Assembly (NCBI GenBank): GCA_951813565.1
Contig: OX638351.1
Span: forward strand, 1,280,001 to 1,344,000
From: an uncultured Poribacteria bacterium
Lineage (GTDB): Bacteria > Poribacteria > WGA-4E > WGA-3G
Length of the DNA stretch: 64,000 nt
Reading direction: 5' to 3'
In this document: one piece after another, positions 39,296 through 49,742 of the stretch
Layout: each line of letters begins with the position of its first letter
Position numbering within the stretch: the stretch's first letter is position 1
Notes under the pieces: generated by a model
Seen by the model: only the letters and a program-made list of their open reading frames with translations
Database searches by the model: none
Told to the model about the DNA's origin: nothing
Made by a program: the position numbers and the translations under genes

Positions 39296-39622
39296 TGTAG
39301 GTGAGCTTAATGCGCTCACCATAACTGTCAATTTAAGGTATTGAATCCGTTTTTAACGTTTGTTATAGCCTCGTAGAGGCGGTATGTTTATAGAAAAGGC
39401 GTTGTCCTGTGTTCTTGAGCCTCGTAGAGGCGGTATGTGTATAACTTATATGTCGCTCCTACGGAGCTCGAGAAGTGTCAATACCGGTTGCTATAAACAT
39501 ATCGCCCCGCTGGGGCTAAATGTAGGACAATCTCAATCATAATGTGTATTGAGAAAGGTTCATAAAAACATAGATGTTGTCTTAAATTGACGCCTATGGT
39601 GAGTTAAACACGCTCACCTACA
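39296..39622. repeat. Composite palindromic REP/MITE element
   Basis: Outer inverted GTAGGTGAGC hairpins; inner 19-bp inverted repeats (16/19) at 39319 and 39581; four AGCC-NNNN-GGCG hairpin units (39367 and 39418 direct; 39447 and 39492 inverted). Confidence 0.8.
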
Positions 39623-39693
39623 TCCTCTGAAAAGAAACAAGAATTGAGATTGAAAGACGACTCTCTTAGTAAATAAAGGAGAATATATATAAC

Positions 39694-40095
39694 GTGAACG
39701 GAAAATTTATAGCGTCTCAAGAAGTTGAAAGAGATCATTTAGATTGGGGAATGATCGGCTGGCTTAGCCGCCCAGCAACAACAGGCGCAAAAGATATTGT
39801 TGCAATGGAAGTTAGCCTCTCACCTGGATACGGACATGATTTTCATAAACATTCCGACCAGGAAGAGGTTATCTACGTTATAGAAGGTAGCGTAGAGCAA
39901 TGGCTTGAAGATAAGAAGCAAACGCTAAATGCTGGTGATTCTGTGTTCATTGCAGCGGATATTGTTCACGCATCTTTTAATGTCTCAAATCAGCCTGCGA
40001 AGTTGTTTGTTACGTTGAGTCCAAGCAAAGGGGAAGAAGGATACCAACTCATTGATGTTTTTGATGAAGCGCCGTGGAATACACTCCGCTCATAG
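39694..40095 (+). CDS. Cupin domain protein
   Basis: HDFHKH..QEEVIYVIEG..GDSVFI..VH. Confidence 0.88.
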   Translation: MNGKFIASQEVERDHLDWGMIGWLSRPATTGAKDIVAMEVSLSPGYGHDFHKHSDQEEVIYVIEGSVEQWLEDKKQTLNAGDSVFIAADIVHASFNVSNQPAKLFVTLSPSKGEEGYQLIDVFDEAPWNTLRS

Positions 40096-40196
40096 TATGT
40101 GTAAGCGACATCGTCCTACGGACAGGTAAGGTTTAGAAACGCTTGGTGTCCTTGCAGTAGCAAAGATTCCTCATTCCGATCAGAAGGAACAACATC

Positions 40197-40610
40197 ATGA
40201 AACATACAACCCAAATAACACTTGCGAATCGTACAGATCAGTTTCTTGCAGAAGCTGGCTACATCAAACCTGAATCGGTTCGACAAGTAACTATTGAAGA
40301 TGCCGTTGTTGATACAGGCGCAACTCGATTGGCATTACCGAAACCGATCATTGAACAACTCGGCTTGACACCCGTTAGCAGTACGCCTGTTAGAACTACA
40401 AATGGCATCGTAAACCGGACTGTTTATTCGGAAGTTCGATTTACGGTCCTGGAGCGAGAGGGAACGCTTGATGTAACGGAACTACCAGCGGATTTGCCGG
40501 TTCTTGTGGGACACGTAGTTTTGGAACTGCTTGATCTTTGTGTTGACATCAAAAAAGGGTTAATCTATAATCCAGAACACGATGGGGAATGGATTATAGA
40601 CGAACTCTGA
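40197..40610 (+). CDS. Retropepsin-like (clan AA) aspartyl protease
   Basis: AVVDTGAT, LVG..VLELLD. Confidence 0.8.
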   Translation: MKHTTQITLANRTDQFLAEAGYIKPESVRQVTIEDAVVDTGATRLALPKPIIEQLGLTPVSSTPVRTTNGIVNRTVYSEVRFTVLEREGTLDVTELPADLPVLVGHVVLELLDLCVDIKKGLIYNPEHDGEWIIDEL

Positions 40611-40664
40611 CAATCCAATTATTTTTTACTGGACTGCAAATAAACGTATATAGTATCTCTTAAT

Positions 40665-41495
40665 ATGATGGAAACGCCTATACCTGAAACACCATTGCAA
40701 CTCCGTCAGCGAATGCGTGAGTTCTACGAAACGTCGGAAACCTATAAAGACCTCTTAGCTGCACATGATGAAGTCTACCTCCGACATTATGTAGAATTGG
40801 TCACCCGTTATGCACCGTCGGGTTCTAAGATTTTGGATCTCGGTTGTGGGAACGGTATTTCCGCTCGGCTGCTCAATCAGGCAGACTATGATGTCGTTGG
40901 AACAGACATTTCACCGCTGTTTCTTAAGGAAGCGCGGAACTGGGAAAACCCGAAACTACGCTATCAGGTGTGTGACGTTTTGGAACTACCGTTTGATAAT
41001 GAGTCTTTTGATGTTATCTGTTCAAACGAGTTAATAGAACATCTACCTGATGTGGAGACAGCATTGAAGGAGATGGGACGGGTTGTCCGCAAAGGTGGCA
41101 AGATTGTCCTTTCCGGACCAAACTTATGTTCGCCCTTAACACCTTTTCTTGATTGGATCAATCTGGTGTGTGGTAAACCCGGCAGGCCTGTTTGGGGAGA
41201 AACAAAACGGCAAGCATTGCAACAGTTTAAGCGGAACTGCGGACTTTACATAAAAAAGCGTTTTGTGACAAAAACACCGCACTTTATTTATCGTGACCCA
41301 GATTTGCAAGCAGATGCTATCGGCGGTGATGCCGACAGCGCGTATTACGCGAACCCGATTGATCTTGCACAATTTTTCAAACTGAACGGGTTCAGTATCG
41401 TCAAAAAAGCCGTTGGCTTTGGCATAAAAGGGAAATTTATTGCAAATATGTTTCCATATATCAGTCCCTATATCACTATGGTTGTCCAAAAATGA
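40665..41495 (+). CDS. Class I SAM-dependent methyltransferase
   Basis: ILDLGCGNG, LPFDNESFD, IEH. Confidence 0.88.
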   Translation: MMETPIPETPLQLRQRMREFYETSETYKDLLAAHDEVYLRHYVELVTRYAPSGSKILDLGCGNGISARLLNQADYDVVGTDISPLFLKEARNWENPKLRYQVCDVLELPFDNESFDVICSNELIEHLPDVETALKEMGRVVRKGGKIVLSGPNLCSPLTPFLDWINLVCGKPGRPVWGETKRQALQQFKRNCGLYIKKRFVTKTPHFIYRDPDLQADAIGGDADSAYYANPIDLAQFFKLNGFSIVKKAVGFGIKGKFIANMFPYISPYITMVVQK

Positions 41496-42325
41496 ACATT
41501 CGTGCAGACGATTTTGTTTTAGAGATCGGAAGTGGACACAACCCCAAAACACGATCAGATGTTTTATGCGATAAATTCATAGATGATGACGAACAACGCG
41601 GCGGGACGGTTGTCGCGGACCGGCCGATGGTGGAAGCAGACGGGCAGTTTCTCCCTTTTGCAGACAAGACGTTTGACTACGTTATCTGTGCACATGTTTT
41701 GGAACATGTTGAGGATCCAGATTTACTCATTTCCGAGTTGATGCGTGTAGCACCTCGCGGTTATATTGAAACACCTTCTGAGATTGGAGAACGGATATAC
41801 GGATGGCATTATCACAATTGGGTTATTAATCTGATTGATGGTAGATTGGTGCTACAAAAGAACGATAGGAAATCCGAATTTGGTCAGCTTTTCCACACGT
41901 TGGCTGCAAAAGATAAGTACTGGAGGAAGTTTCATATTACGCATCATAACCTCTTTCTTGTTCAGTATGAATGGGAAGGTAAGATTGATTACGAGATATT
42001 GGATCAACAAGAATCGCCGTTGGATTTACAATCTCCACAGGCTGTTGAAAAACTTCTGACATCTACGTTTTCAAAGCAAACTGACAAAGATTTTTGGCTG
42101 ATGCTTAAAAGTGCTGTCCCGCGGACCATTGTATCTCGTGTAAAATCATCTTTAGCAAAAAGTAGAAACCGCCAAACGAAAACACTAAAAGAAATCCTTG
42201 CCTGTCCACAGTGTAAAGGTGAGATTACATCGGGAGAACAAAATCTCTACTGTAAATTTTGCAAGCAATCTTATCCGATTATTGATGGAATTCCGAGATT
42301 AACCGTAACACCATTCGCAGAATAA
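41492..42325 (+). CDS. Methyltransferase-like protein with C-terminal Trm112-like domain
   Basis: VLEIGSG, LPFADKTFDYV..HVLEH; C-terminal ILACPQCKG..C..C...YPIIDGIPRL. Confidence 0.8.
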   Translation: MNIRADDFVLEIGSGHNPKTRSDVLCDKFIDDDEQRGGTVVADRPMVEADGQFLPFADKTFDYVICAHVLEHVEDPDLLISELMRVAPRGYIETPSEIGERIYGWHYHNWVINLIDGRLVLQKNDRKSEFGQLFHTLAAKDKYWRKFHITHHNLFLVQYEWEGKIDYEILDQQESPLDLQSPQAVEKLLTSTFSKQTDKDFWLMLKSAVPRTIVSRVKSSLAKSRNRQTKTLKEILACPQCKGEITSGEQNLYCKFCKQSYPIIDGIPRLTVTPFAE

Positions 42326-42426
42326 TTATAATAGATTTTACAATTAACAATACACCTTGATCGGCGCGTTTGCAAAGCGCGTCTGTCCAACTCTGAGATA
42401 CCTAATCTTAAGCAATTGAATATACA

Positions 42427-43389
42427 ATGAATACAAATACAAACAACATTGAAAATAGAAATATCGTAATAATTGGCGGTGGGACTGCTGGTTTTGCCGC
42501 AGGTGTCTACACATCCCGTGCGATGCTGGAACCGGTTCTAATCACGGGTGATGCACTTGGCGGGCAACTTTCGTTAACACTTGACCTTGAGAACTACCCC
42601 GGATTTTTCGGCAACGAGGCATCAGTCTTCATTCAAGGCATGCAGGAACAAGCAGAGCGGTTTGGCACTGAGGTTAAATTTGATACAGTAACAGCGGTTG
42701 ATTTCGCGCAACATCCATTTGTCGTCAATACTTATGGAAAAGAATACCACGCTAAATCTGTAATTATCTGCACTGGTGCTTCACCACGCACACTGGACAT
42801 TCCTGGCGAAGAGGGATATGGAGGACGCGGTGTTTCATACTGTGCGACGTGTGACGGATTTTTCTTCCAAGACCAGCGACTCATTGTGGTTGGTGGCGGG
42901 GACGCAGCATTGGAAGAAGGCATCTTCTTAACGAAATATGCCTCTGAGGTCTATATTGTCCATCGCCGAGACCAACTCCGTGCAAGCCAAATTATGCAGG
43001 AACGCGCATTCAAAAATGATAAAATCAAGTTTATTTGGGATACTATTGTTGAAGAAATTTGCGGAGATGACGAAAAAGTAACGGGTGCCAAACTCAAAAA
43101 CGTCAAAACGAATGAGACTGAACTTTTCCCGATTGACGGTGTGTTTATCTTTATAGGTCATATCCCGAACACAGAACTGTTCACAGATGTCATAAATATG
43201 GACGAGCAGGGGTATATCGTTGTGGACGAGATGCAGCGCACTAACATAGATGGCGTTTTTGCCGCGGGTGATGTGCATGACCACGTATTCCGTCAAGCAA
43301 TTACCGCTGCAGGGGCAGGTGCAGCGGCAGCTATCGCCTCAGAAAAATTCATCGCTGAATTGGAAAACCGTGCCTATCCAGGGAATTGA
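42427..43389 (+). CDS. trxB: Thioredoxin-disulfide reductase
   Basis: GRGVSYCATCDG, GGGDAALEE, HRRD, FAAGDV. Confidence 0.95.
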   Translation: MNTNTNNIENRNIVIIGGGTAGFAAGVYTSRAMLEPVLITGDALGGQLSLTLDLENYPGFFGNEASVFIQGMQEQAERFGTEVKFDTVTAVDFAQHPFVVNTYGKEYHAKSVIICTGASPRTLDIPGEEGYGGRGVSYCATCDGFFFQDQRLIVVGGGDAALEEGIFLTKYASEVYIVHRRDQLRASQIMQERAFKNDKIKFIWDTIVEEICGDDEKVTGAKLKNVKTNETELFPIDGVFIFIGHIPNTELFTDVINMDEQGYIVVDEMQRTNIDGVFAAGDVHDHVFRQAITAAGAGAAAAIASEKFIAELENRAYPGN

Positions 43390-43419
43390 TTCTTCAGAAT
43401 AGGTGCACTGTAAAGAAGG

Positions 43420-44403
43420 TTGATATTCAACGGCAGAATAGAGTACAATATTGATATGATCTACGTAAGAGAGCAGCCTGATTCAGACTTTGCATCACTG
43501 CCGCACGGTAGATATGATATTGTAACTAAAGATACTTTACAGAAATTCCCTAAAGACATCCTGCAGACCGTCTTGGAACGATCCGATTTTGAGTTTATAG
43601 AATTTGTTGAAGGTGAATTGACGACAGTAGAAGTTCGCCGGACAGATAATCTTATAAAGGTGCTACTGGGTGATGAATTGGTCTTGGTGCATATTGAGTT
43701 TCAAGTTGGCGACAGCACCGATCTTGAAATGGCGCGCCGCAACGTAGGTTATCTCGGTAGATGTTATGAAAGATACGGCTTGCCTATCTTTTCTCACGTA
43801 ATTTATCTCCGCTCCAATGCCGGGCAGAATGATCCAGGTGGTTACAGGCAAGACGTGCCTAATTACCGGTTCATTGTTGAGTACAAAGTGATTCGTCTCA
43901 TTCAACTTGATGGGCAATCTGTTTTTGATGAACAAAATGCTGGGCTTATGCCGTTCGCGCCGCTGATGCAGCCACTGGTTGGCATGGAACGGCTCCAATG
44001 GGCAATTCAATGTAACGAAAGGACAAAGACACTCTCGTTGCCCACAGATATTCGGAGTAATCTTCTCGTATCACAGTGGGTGATGAGTGGTTTAATTCAC
44101 CCGCATCAAGCAATTGCAGATTTTATAAAGGAGGGAATCGTGCAAGAATCTTCAGTATATCAACATCTCGTAGAAACGGCGGGAGAAGAGTATTATCAAC
44201 GGGGGGCACGACAAAGTACTATTAGAGATCTCTTTGCGGTGCTTGAGTTTCGGTTTGCTGGGCGCGACGTTCAAGTGCTTAGACCCGAATTGGAAAACAT
44301 CAAGGATCTTGAACGACTTCAAGAGTTGCATAACGAAGCTTTACGCGCAGAGAACTTTGAGGCGTTCACTCACATTTTGGGCATGAACAACGGCAGCGAG
44401 TAA
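43420..44403 (+). CDS. Rpn/YhgA-like PD-(D/E)xK nuclease family protein
   Basis: YD..K, RRTD, HIEFQ, VIYL, VIRL, LMPFAPL, ESSVYQ, and C-terminal RF..I.DLERL.EL; true start uncertain. Confidence 0.75.
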   Translation: MIFNGRIEYNIDMIYVREQPDSDFASLPHGRYDIVTKDTLQKFPKDILQTVLERSDFEFIEFVEGELTTVEVRRTDNLIKVLLGDELVLVHIEFQVGDSTDLEMARRNVGYLGRCYERYGLPIFSHVIYLRSNAGQNDPGGYRQDVPNYRFIVEYKVIRLIQLDGQSVFDEQNAGLMPFAPLMQPLVGMERLQWAIQCNERTKTLSLPTDIRSNLLVSQWVMSGLIHPHQAIADFIKEGIVQESSVYQHLVETAGEEYYQRGARQSTIRDLFAVLEFRFAGRDVQVLRPELENIKDLERLQELHNEALRAENFEAFTHILGMNNGSE

Positions 44404-44486
44404 TAGGTTACGGAGACGATTGAACTGGATAGTTGACATAGACTGCAGATATCCATATCAACCAGAATTGAGAGGAAATTGTTTCA

Positions 44487-46142
44487 GTGACTAAACATAA
44501 AAATCAACGTCTCGCACTCGGCTTAGACTCAAGCACACAGAGTTTATCGGCAATCGTTATTGATATAGACACAGCAGAGAAGTATTTTGAACACGCAATT
44601 GACTATCGCGCTGATAAACGTACCAACTGCTTCGGTATCGGAGAGGACTATATCTTACCACCGAAGTCTGAAGGTGAAGCAGAACAACCACCGTTGATGT
44701 TCCTTGCGTCACTCAATGCAATGTTCGCTGACATGTGCGAGGCAGGTGTTGCATTAGAGAATATCGTTGCTATCAACACATCGGGACAACAGCACGGGCA
44801 TGTTTATCTGAACCGAAACGCTGCGATTATATTCTCCAATCTACAAAGGACAGAAAGTAGTAGATTAGATTTAAACACGCTTTTAGCAGGTGTCTTCTCG
44901 TATTCCACTGCACCAATTTGGATGACTGCCAATACAGTTGTGCAGACAAATCATGTGCGAGAAGCCGTTGGTGGGAAAACAGAGATGATTGAACGTTCTG
45001 GCTCAGATGCACCGCTTCGGTTCACGGGTGCCGTGCTCCGCCGTGTGGCAGAACAATCATCACGCGCCTACGCGGCGACAGAAAAAATCCAACTCATTAG
45101 CAGTTTTATCCCCGCAGTGCTGTCGGCAAATCCATTAGTGCCGATTGATATTGGTAACGGATGTGGCATGTCGCTTATGAATTACCGGAACAAGATGTGG
45201 GATAACGAGCTGATAGCAGCAACGGCACAAGGCTTACCCGGTGGTCCAGAAGAATTACTGAGTAAATTGCCAGAACTTGCCCCGCCAGATTCTGTTGTAG
45301 GGAATATCGCGACGTATTTTGTGGAAAGGTATGGATTTTCTGAAACGTGTTCAATCATAGCAGGGTCAGGGGACAATCCGCAGGCGAAGGTTCCTGTTGC
45401 AGGAGATCTCCTCAGTCTCGGCACAAGTTTTGTCAATATGGTCTCAACAGATGGAGACACACTTGACCCAGAAGGTTTTGCAAACGCTATGTATGACGGC
45501 ATTGGTCGTCCGTTTATGTTCGGGTGCCGCACCAATGGTGCTATGGTGTGGGATGCTGTTAGAAATCACTATGGACTTGCAAAAGAGGAATATGAACCGG
45601 CGGAAGCAGCTTTGCGAAACGTTTCACCCGGACAGTTCATGACATTTTGGCAACCAAAAACGGAATCTTTTCCTGTTTCTGATGCCTTTGACTTTGTACG
45701 CTTAGCAGAATCGGAAACTCCAAATTTAGCGAAGGATTATACGGGTATAATTGAGACAAGCCTTGCAGCTGTTTATGTTTATTCCAAGGTTTTTACAAAA
45801 CCATCACAAGACCCTTTATATGTTACAGGAGGCGCGACTGGGAGTCCGCAAATTATGCGGCGCGTCGCAGGAATTTGGAACAGACCTGTCGTCCCCGTCC
45901 AAAAAGGAGGTGCTGCGCTCGGTGCTGCTGTAGCAGGTGTGAAAGCACATTGTGATCATATAGATGAACCGTTTGATGTGGAGGCATTTAGTGCTGCTGT
46001 CCTAAAACGCGGTGAACTTATTCAACCCAATCCGAGTGATGTTGAAGCGTATCACGGAAACGGGAATTATCTCCAACGATTCCGCCAGACCTATGAAGAA
46101 ATTATGATGGAAATGAAAGAAATTATAGAGAACCCGTTATAG
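44487..46142 (+). CDS. FGGY carbohydrate kinase, xylulokinase-like
   Basis: LGLDSSTQS, SGQQHG, RFTG, GDNP, SLGTS, TGGA, AALGAA. Confidence 0.85.
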   Translation: MTKHKNQRLALGLDSSTQSLSAIVIDIDTAEKYFEHAIDYRADKRTNCFGIGEDYILPPKSEGEAEQPPLMFLASLNAMFADMCEAGVALENIVAINTSGQQHGHVYLNRNAAIIFSNLQRTESSRLDLNTLLAGVFSYSTAPIWMTANTVVQTNHVREAVGGKTEMIERSGSDAPLRFTGAVLRRVAEQSSRAYAATEKIQLISSFIPAVLSANPLVPIDIGNGCGMSLMNYRNKMWDNELIAATAQGLPGGPEELLSKLPELAPPDSVVGNIATYFVERYGFSETCSIIAGSGDNPQAKVPVAGDLLSLGTSFVNMVSTDGDTLDPEGFANAMYDGIGRPFMFGCRTNGAMVWDAVRNHYGLAKEEYEPAEAALRNVSPGQFMTFWQPKTESFPVSDAFDFVRLAESETPNLAKDYTGIIETSLAAVYVYSKVFTKPSQDPLYVTGGATGSPQIMRRVAGIWNRPVVPVQKGGAALGAAVAGVKAHCDHIDEPFDVEAFSAAVLKRGELIQPNPSDVEAYHGNGNYLQRFRQTYEEIMMEMKEIIENPL

Positions 46143-46163
46143 TAGCAAACAGTAAGTTGAACG

Positions 46164-46631
46164 ATGAACAAACTAACACACTTTGATGAAAAAGGCAATA
46201 CTCGGATGGTTGATGTTGGGGAGAAACCGGAAACGTTGCGCATCGCTATTGCCAAAGGACATGTGACGGCTCAACCTGAAACGCTCCACCGCATCTCTGA
46301 ACAGCAGATGAAGAAGGGTAATGTTTTGGAAGTCGCCCGACTCGCAGGTTATATGGCAGCAAAACGGACGAGTGAACTCATTCCGTTGTGTCATCCTCTT
46401 AATCTTACCTCTATTCGTGTGGATGTAGTGATTGTTGAAGACAAGATAGCGATTGAAGCAGAGGTGCAAACCGTCGGACGAACAGGTGTGGAGATGGAAG
46501 CACTCACTGCCGTATCCGTTGCTGGTTTGACCGTTTACGATATGTGTAAAGCCGTTGACCGAGAAATGTGTATATCCGAAATAAGGTTAGTCAAGAAAAC
46601 CGGTGGCGCAAGCGGCGATTTCAATTTGTAA
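46164..46631 (+). CDS. moaC: Cyclic pyranopterin monophosphate synthase
   Basis: [32 protein letters not shown]. Confidence 0.96.
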   Translation: MNKLTHFDEKGNTRMVDVGEKPETLRIAIAKGHVTAQPETLHRISEQQMKKGNVLEVARLAGYMAAKRTSELIPLCHPLNLTSIRVDVVIVEDKIAIEAEVQTVGRTGVEMEALTAVSVAGLTVYDMCKAVDREMCISEIRLVKKTGGASGDFNL

Positions 46632-46740
46632 TTGCAAATTAACTTCATTTCACTGATAAGCGTGCTTTGTAAGCGCGTTGTCAATAATGTAGAATTATAT
46701 TTTTACCAATACACACTATGCTAAAACGGAGAAATAAAAA

Positions 46741-49665
46741 ATGCGTCGAATTATCATAGCAATCCTTGCTGTTTTTCTATCGGTTTCCACAACAGTTTTT
46801 GCAACAGATTATGTTCTAATTCTCGGTGGCGTTGGCGGTGAGAAATCCTACTATGACCAATTTTGGAGTGCGACTTCACGATTCCACCAGTTGCTTACAC
46901 AAGAATACGGATTTGCCCCAGAGCAGATTACCTTCCTTTTTGAGGATGAAGGCACGCTCCCGGGTCTCGTCACGGGTGAGGTAAAGCGAGAACCGGTTTT
47001 AGAGGCATTTGCCCAGCTTGCTGAAAAGGTTCAACCATCAGACAGGTTTATCCTCTTCATGGTTGGACACGCAACGCGCAGCCCATCCGGTATAAAATTT
47101 AATTTACCAGGACGCGATATCAGCCAACAAGAATATACTGACAGTATCAACAGCATTCGCGCTGAACAGCAGCTACTCGTCTTTGGGTTTCCATATAGTG
47201 CAGGGATAGTCCAAAAAATCAGCAAATCAGGACGCATAATTATTACATCAAGTTCTTCACGTGAAGGTTATGCCTCTCAAGCTGGTTTCGGTGATATCTT
47301 TGTTGATGCCTTCTCTGAATCATCTGCAGATACAAACGACGATGGAGCAATATCACTTTTAGAGGCATTTCTCTGGATGCAAACTCGCGTTGACGAATGG
47401 TATGCACAAGATGGCGCAATGCAAGCAGAACATCCTCATCTTGATGATAACGGTGATGGTCGTGCCTCGCGTAAGGATTTAGAAGCAAATGGTGAAGGAA
47501 CACTCACTGATAAGACATTTTTAGGAACACGGCGCACACCTCTACCGCCAAAAGAGCAAAGTGCTGTAGAAAACCCGCAAGAAGAACAAGACGAATCACT
47601 GGCTCCGCATACACAGGACAATGGTCATGTCCATGGCGAGGACCCTCCAGAGGAAGAGGAAAAAGAACAGGTAGAAATGAAAGGGAAATCGTCACTGCCG
47701 TATAATTTTATTAGCGAGGCAGACGAACAAGCTATTCAAAAGAGCATTGAAAACGCTCTTGCCGAACCAGGAAACCTTGAGGACAGTGCTGTTGTGCTGT
47801 GGGAAGCAGAAGTACATGACATTGATGAGGATGGCAGGCGTGTTTATTCTACACGACGAGTCGTCAAAATATTCAATGAAGATGGGTATCATTTCGGTGA
47901 AATTCGGATTCCTTATACACAGGATGCGGATGATGTTACTATCCATCATGCGCGAACACTTAAACCTGATGGTACTCAAGGGGAATTGGAGGAACGTAAA
48001 ATCGTTCGCGGGATTACACCAGCTGCTGCTACTGAAGCAGGACTGAACGTTAATACCCGTTTGATGTATTTTGAATTACCGAAGATATCCGACGGTTGTA
48101 TCATTGACTACGCCTATTCTACCAGAAACCCGCGAAGTGCCATGAAGGGCGAATTTTGGCGGCAAGTCTATTTTCAGGTTGATGTGCCTGTCCAATATTA
48201 CCGTCTTACGACACATATTCCGAAGAAAAAACCGCTATTTTACCAAGTAGATGGGCCTTCAATCGAGCCAACTGTCACTGAAAACAACTATAGTCGCACC
48301 TATACATTTGAAACGAAAGATGTGCCAGCCTTACGTCGCGAACCTTTGATGCCTGCTGTTTCGGATTTTGCTTATAACATTAGCCTCTCCTCAATTGATT
48401 CATGGGATAAATTGATCACGTGGTACGCGACATTAATTCGTGAACAGGATAGAATTACGAAGGAAATTGAGGAAAAAACGAAAGAGATACTCACCGGGGC
48501 ATTGTCACGTCAGGAAAAAATCAAGAGGCTCTATGAATTTGTTGCGACAACCATCAAGTACGCGGGAGATGAGCGTGGGATATGGGGTATCAAACCGTAT
48601 CCTGCCGCCAAAGTATTAGAGGGTGAATGGGGAGATTGTAAAGGCAAATCAACGCTACTTTCAACGATGCTGCGTGTCGCTGGAATTGATTCTTACCCGG
48701 TTCTTATCTCCGCTGGCAAGGCGAGTGAAATTGTCCCAGAAGTTCCATCGCTTGCATATTTTAATCACATGATTCTTGCGGTAGATGGCGGGAAAGATAA
48801 CGATTTAATATGGCTTGACCCGACCGCCCAAACATGTGCTTTTGGCGATTTTCCTGCCAGTGACCAAAATCGATGGACCCTGATTATTAATACCGATGCA
48901 CCAACAAAGGACGGAATTAGTGTAGATGCCGCAGACACATCTATCCAGGATCAGGAAAAACTTGACGGAGAAAAAGTGAAAAGCCTCCTTTATGCTTTTC
49001 AAAAGAGTCCTGCGCTCCCAGCAGATTCAAATGTGAGGCGGACTGCAATTCATGTCAAAGTCAAAAAGGATTTGAGTGTAGAGGTTACGCAGGAACTGCG
49101 GGTTTCTGGAGATTTCAACGCAAGATTGCGAGCGAGGCTTTTAGGTGTTGATCATCGTGAAGAACGAATCCGATTTCTTCGTAGTACTTTAGAATTGGAC
49201 GAACGTGCCAAAGTGGAACATTTTAAAATTTCGGAAACAAAACAACTGGGACCTGAATTAAAAATTAACCTAACGTGGTCATGTAAGGAATACCTATACA
49301 AAATGGGCGACCAATTCATTTTGGAACTGCCTATTGCTGAACATCCGTATGCCGAATTGTTAAGAGACGAGGAACGCGACCATCCGGCTGTTCTTGGGAA
49401 GGCACTTACTTTTGAAGACCAAATCACTGTTGATGCGGAGGCACCATTTGTCATAGAGATGATACCGGAGCCACAAAAACTCCAAACAGATGTCGCTGAA
49501 ATCCACTTGGATTATACAAAATCTGGACAGAAAGCAGAGATGAGACAGAAAATTCGTTTCCACGCGCCAAAGGTGGAAGCCACCAAAATCTCTAATCTCA
49601 CGAATGTTGTTAGAATTGCTTCAAGCCAAAGCACAAAACGATTTATCTTAACTCAAAAACCGTAG
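46741..49665 (+). CDS. Secreted multidomain protein: caspase/C13-like fold + DUF3857-like + transglutaminase-like
   Basis: Signal peptide; FILFMVGH; EF-hand-like DTNDDGAISLLE; GDCKGKSTLL..FNHMI..WLDPT Cys-His-Asp triad. Confidence 0.75.
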   Translation: MRRIIIAILAVFLSVSTTVFATDYVLILGGVGGEKSYYDQFWSATSRFHQLLTQEYGFAPEQITFLFEDEGTLPGLVTGEVKREPVLEAFAQLAEKVQPSDRFILFMVGHATRSPSGIKFNLPGRDISQQEYTDSINSIRAEQQLLVFGFPYSAGIVQKISKSGRIIITSSSSREGYASQAGFGDIFVDAFSESSADTNDDGAISLLEAFLWMQTRVDEWYAQDGAMQAEHPHLDDNGDGRASRKDLEANGEGTLTDKTFLGTRRTPLPPKEQSAVENPQEEQDESLAPHTQDNGHVHGEDPPEEEEKEQVEMKGKSSLPYNFISEADEQAIQKSIENALAEPGNLEDSAVVLWEAEVHDIDEDGRRVYSTRRVVKIFNEDGYHFGEIRIPYTQDADDVTIHHARTLKPDGTQGELEERKIVRGITPAAATEAGLNVNTRLMYFELPKISDGCIIDYAYSTRNPRSAMKGEFWRQVYFQVDVPVQYYRLTTHIPKKKPLFYQVDGPSIEPTVTENNYSRTYTFETKDVPALRREPLMPAVSDFAYNISLSSIDSWDKLITWYATLIREQDRITKEIEEKTKEILTGALSRQEKIKRLYEFVATTIKYAGDERGIWGIKPYPAAKVLEGEWGDCKGKSTLLSTMLRVAGIDSYPVLISAGKASEIVPEVPSLAYFNHMILAVDGGKDNDLIWLDPTAQTCAFGDFPASDQNRWTLIINTDAPTKDGISVDAADTSIQDQEKLDGEKVKSLLYAFQKSPALPADSNVRRTAIHVKVKKDLSVEVTQELRVSGDFNARLRARLLGVDHREERIRFLRSTLELDERAKVEHFKISETKQLGPELKINLTWSCKEYLYKMGDQFILELPIAEHPYAELLRDEERDHPAVLGKALTFEDQITVDAEAPFVIEMIPEPQKLQTDVAEIHLDYTKSGQKAEMRQKIRFHAPKVEATKISNLTNVVRIASSQSTKRFILTQKP

Positions 49666-49742
49666 AAGGCAGCGCACTTTCCATAATAGAAGGCGTTGAT
49701 ATTATATTTTCCAACTTTATCACCCATATAAGGAGTGAGTAG

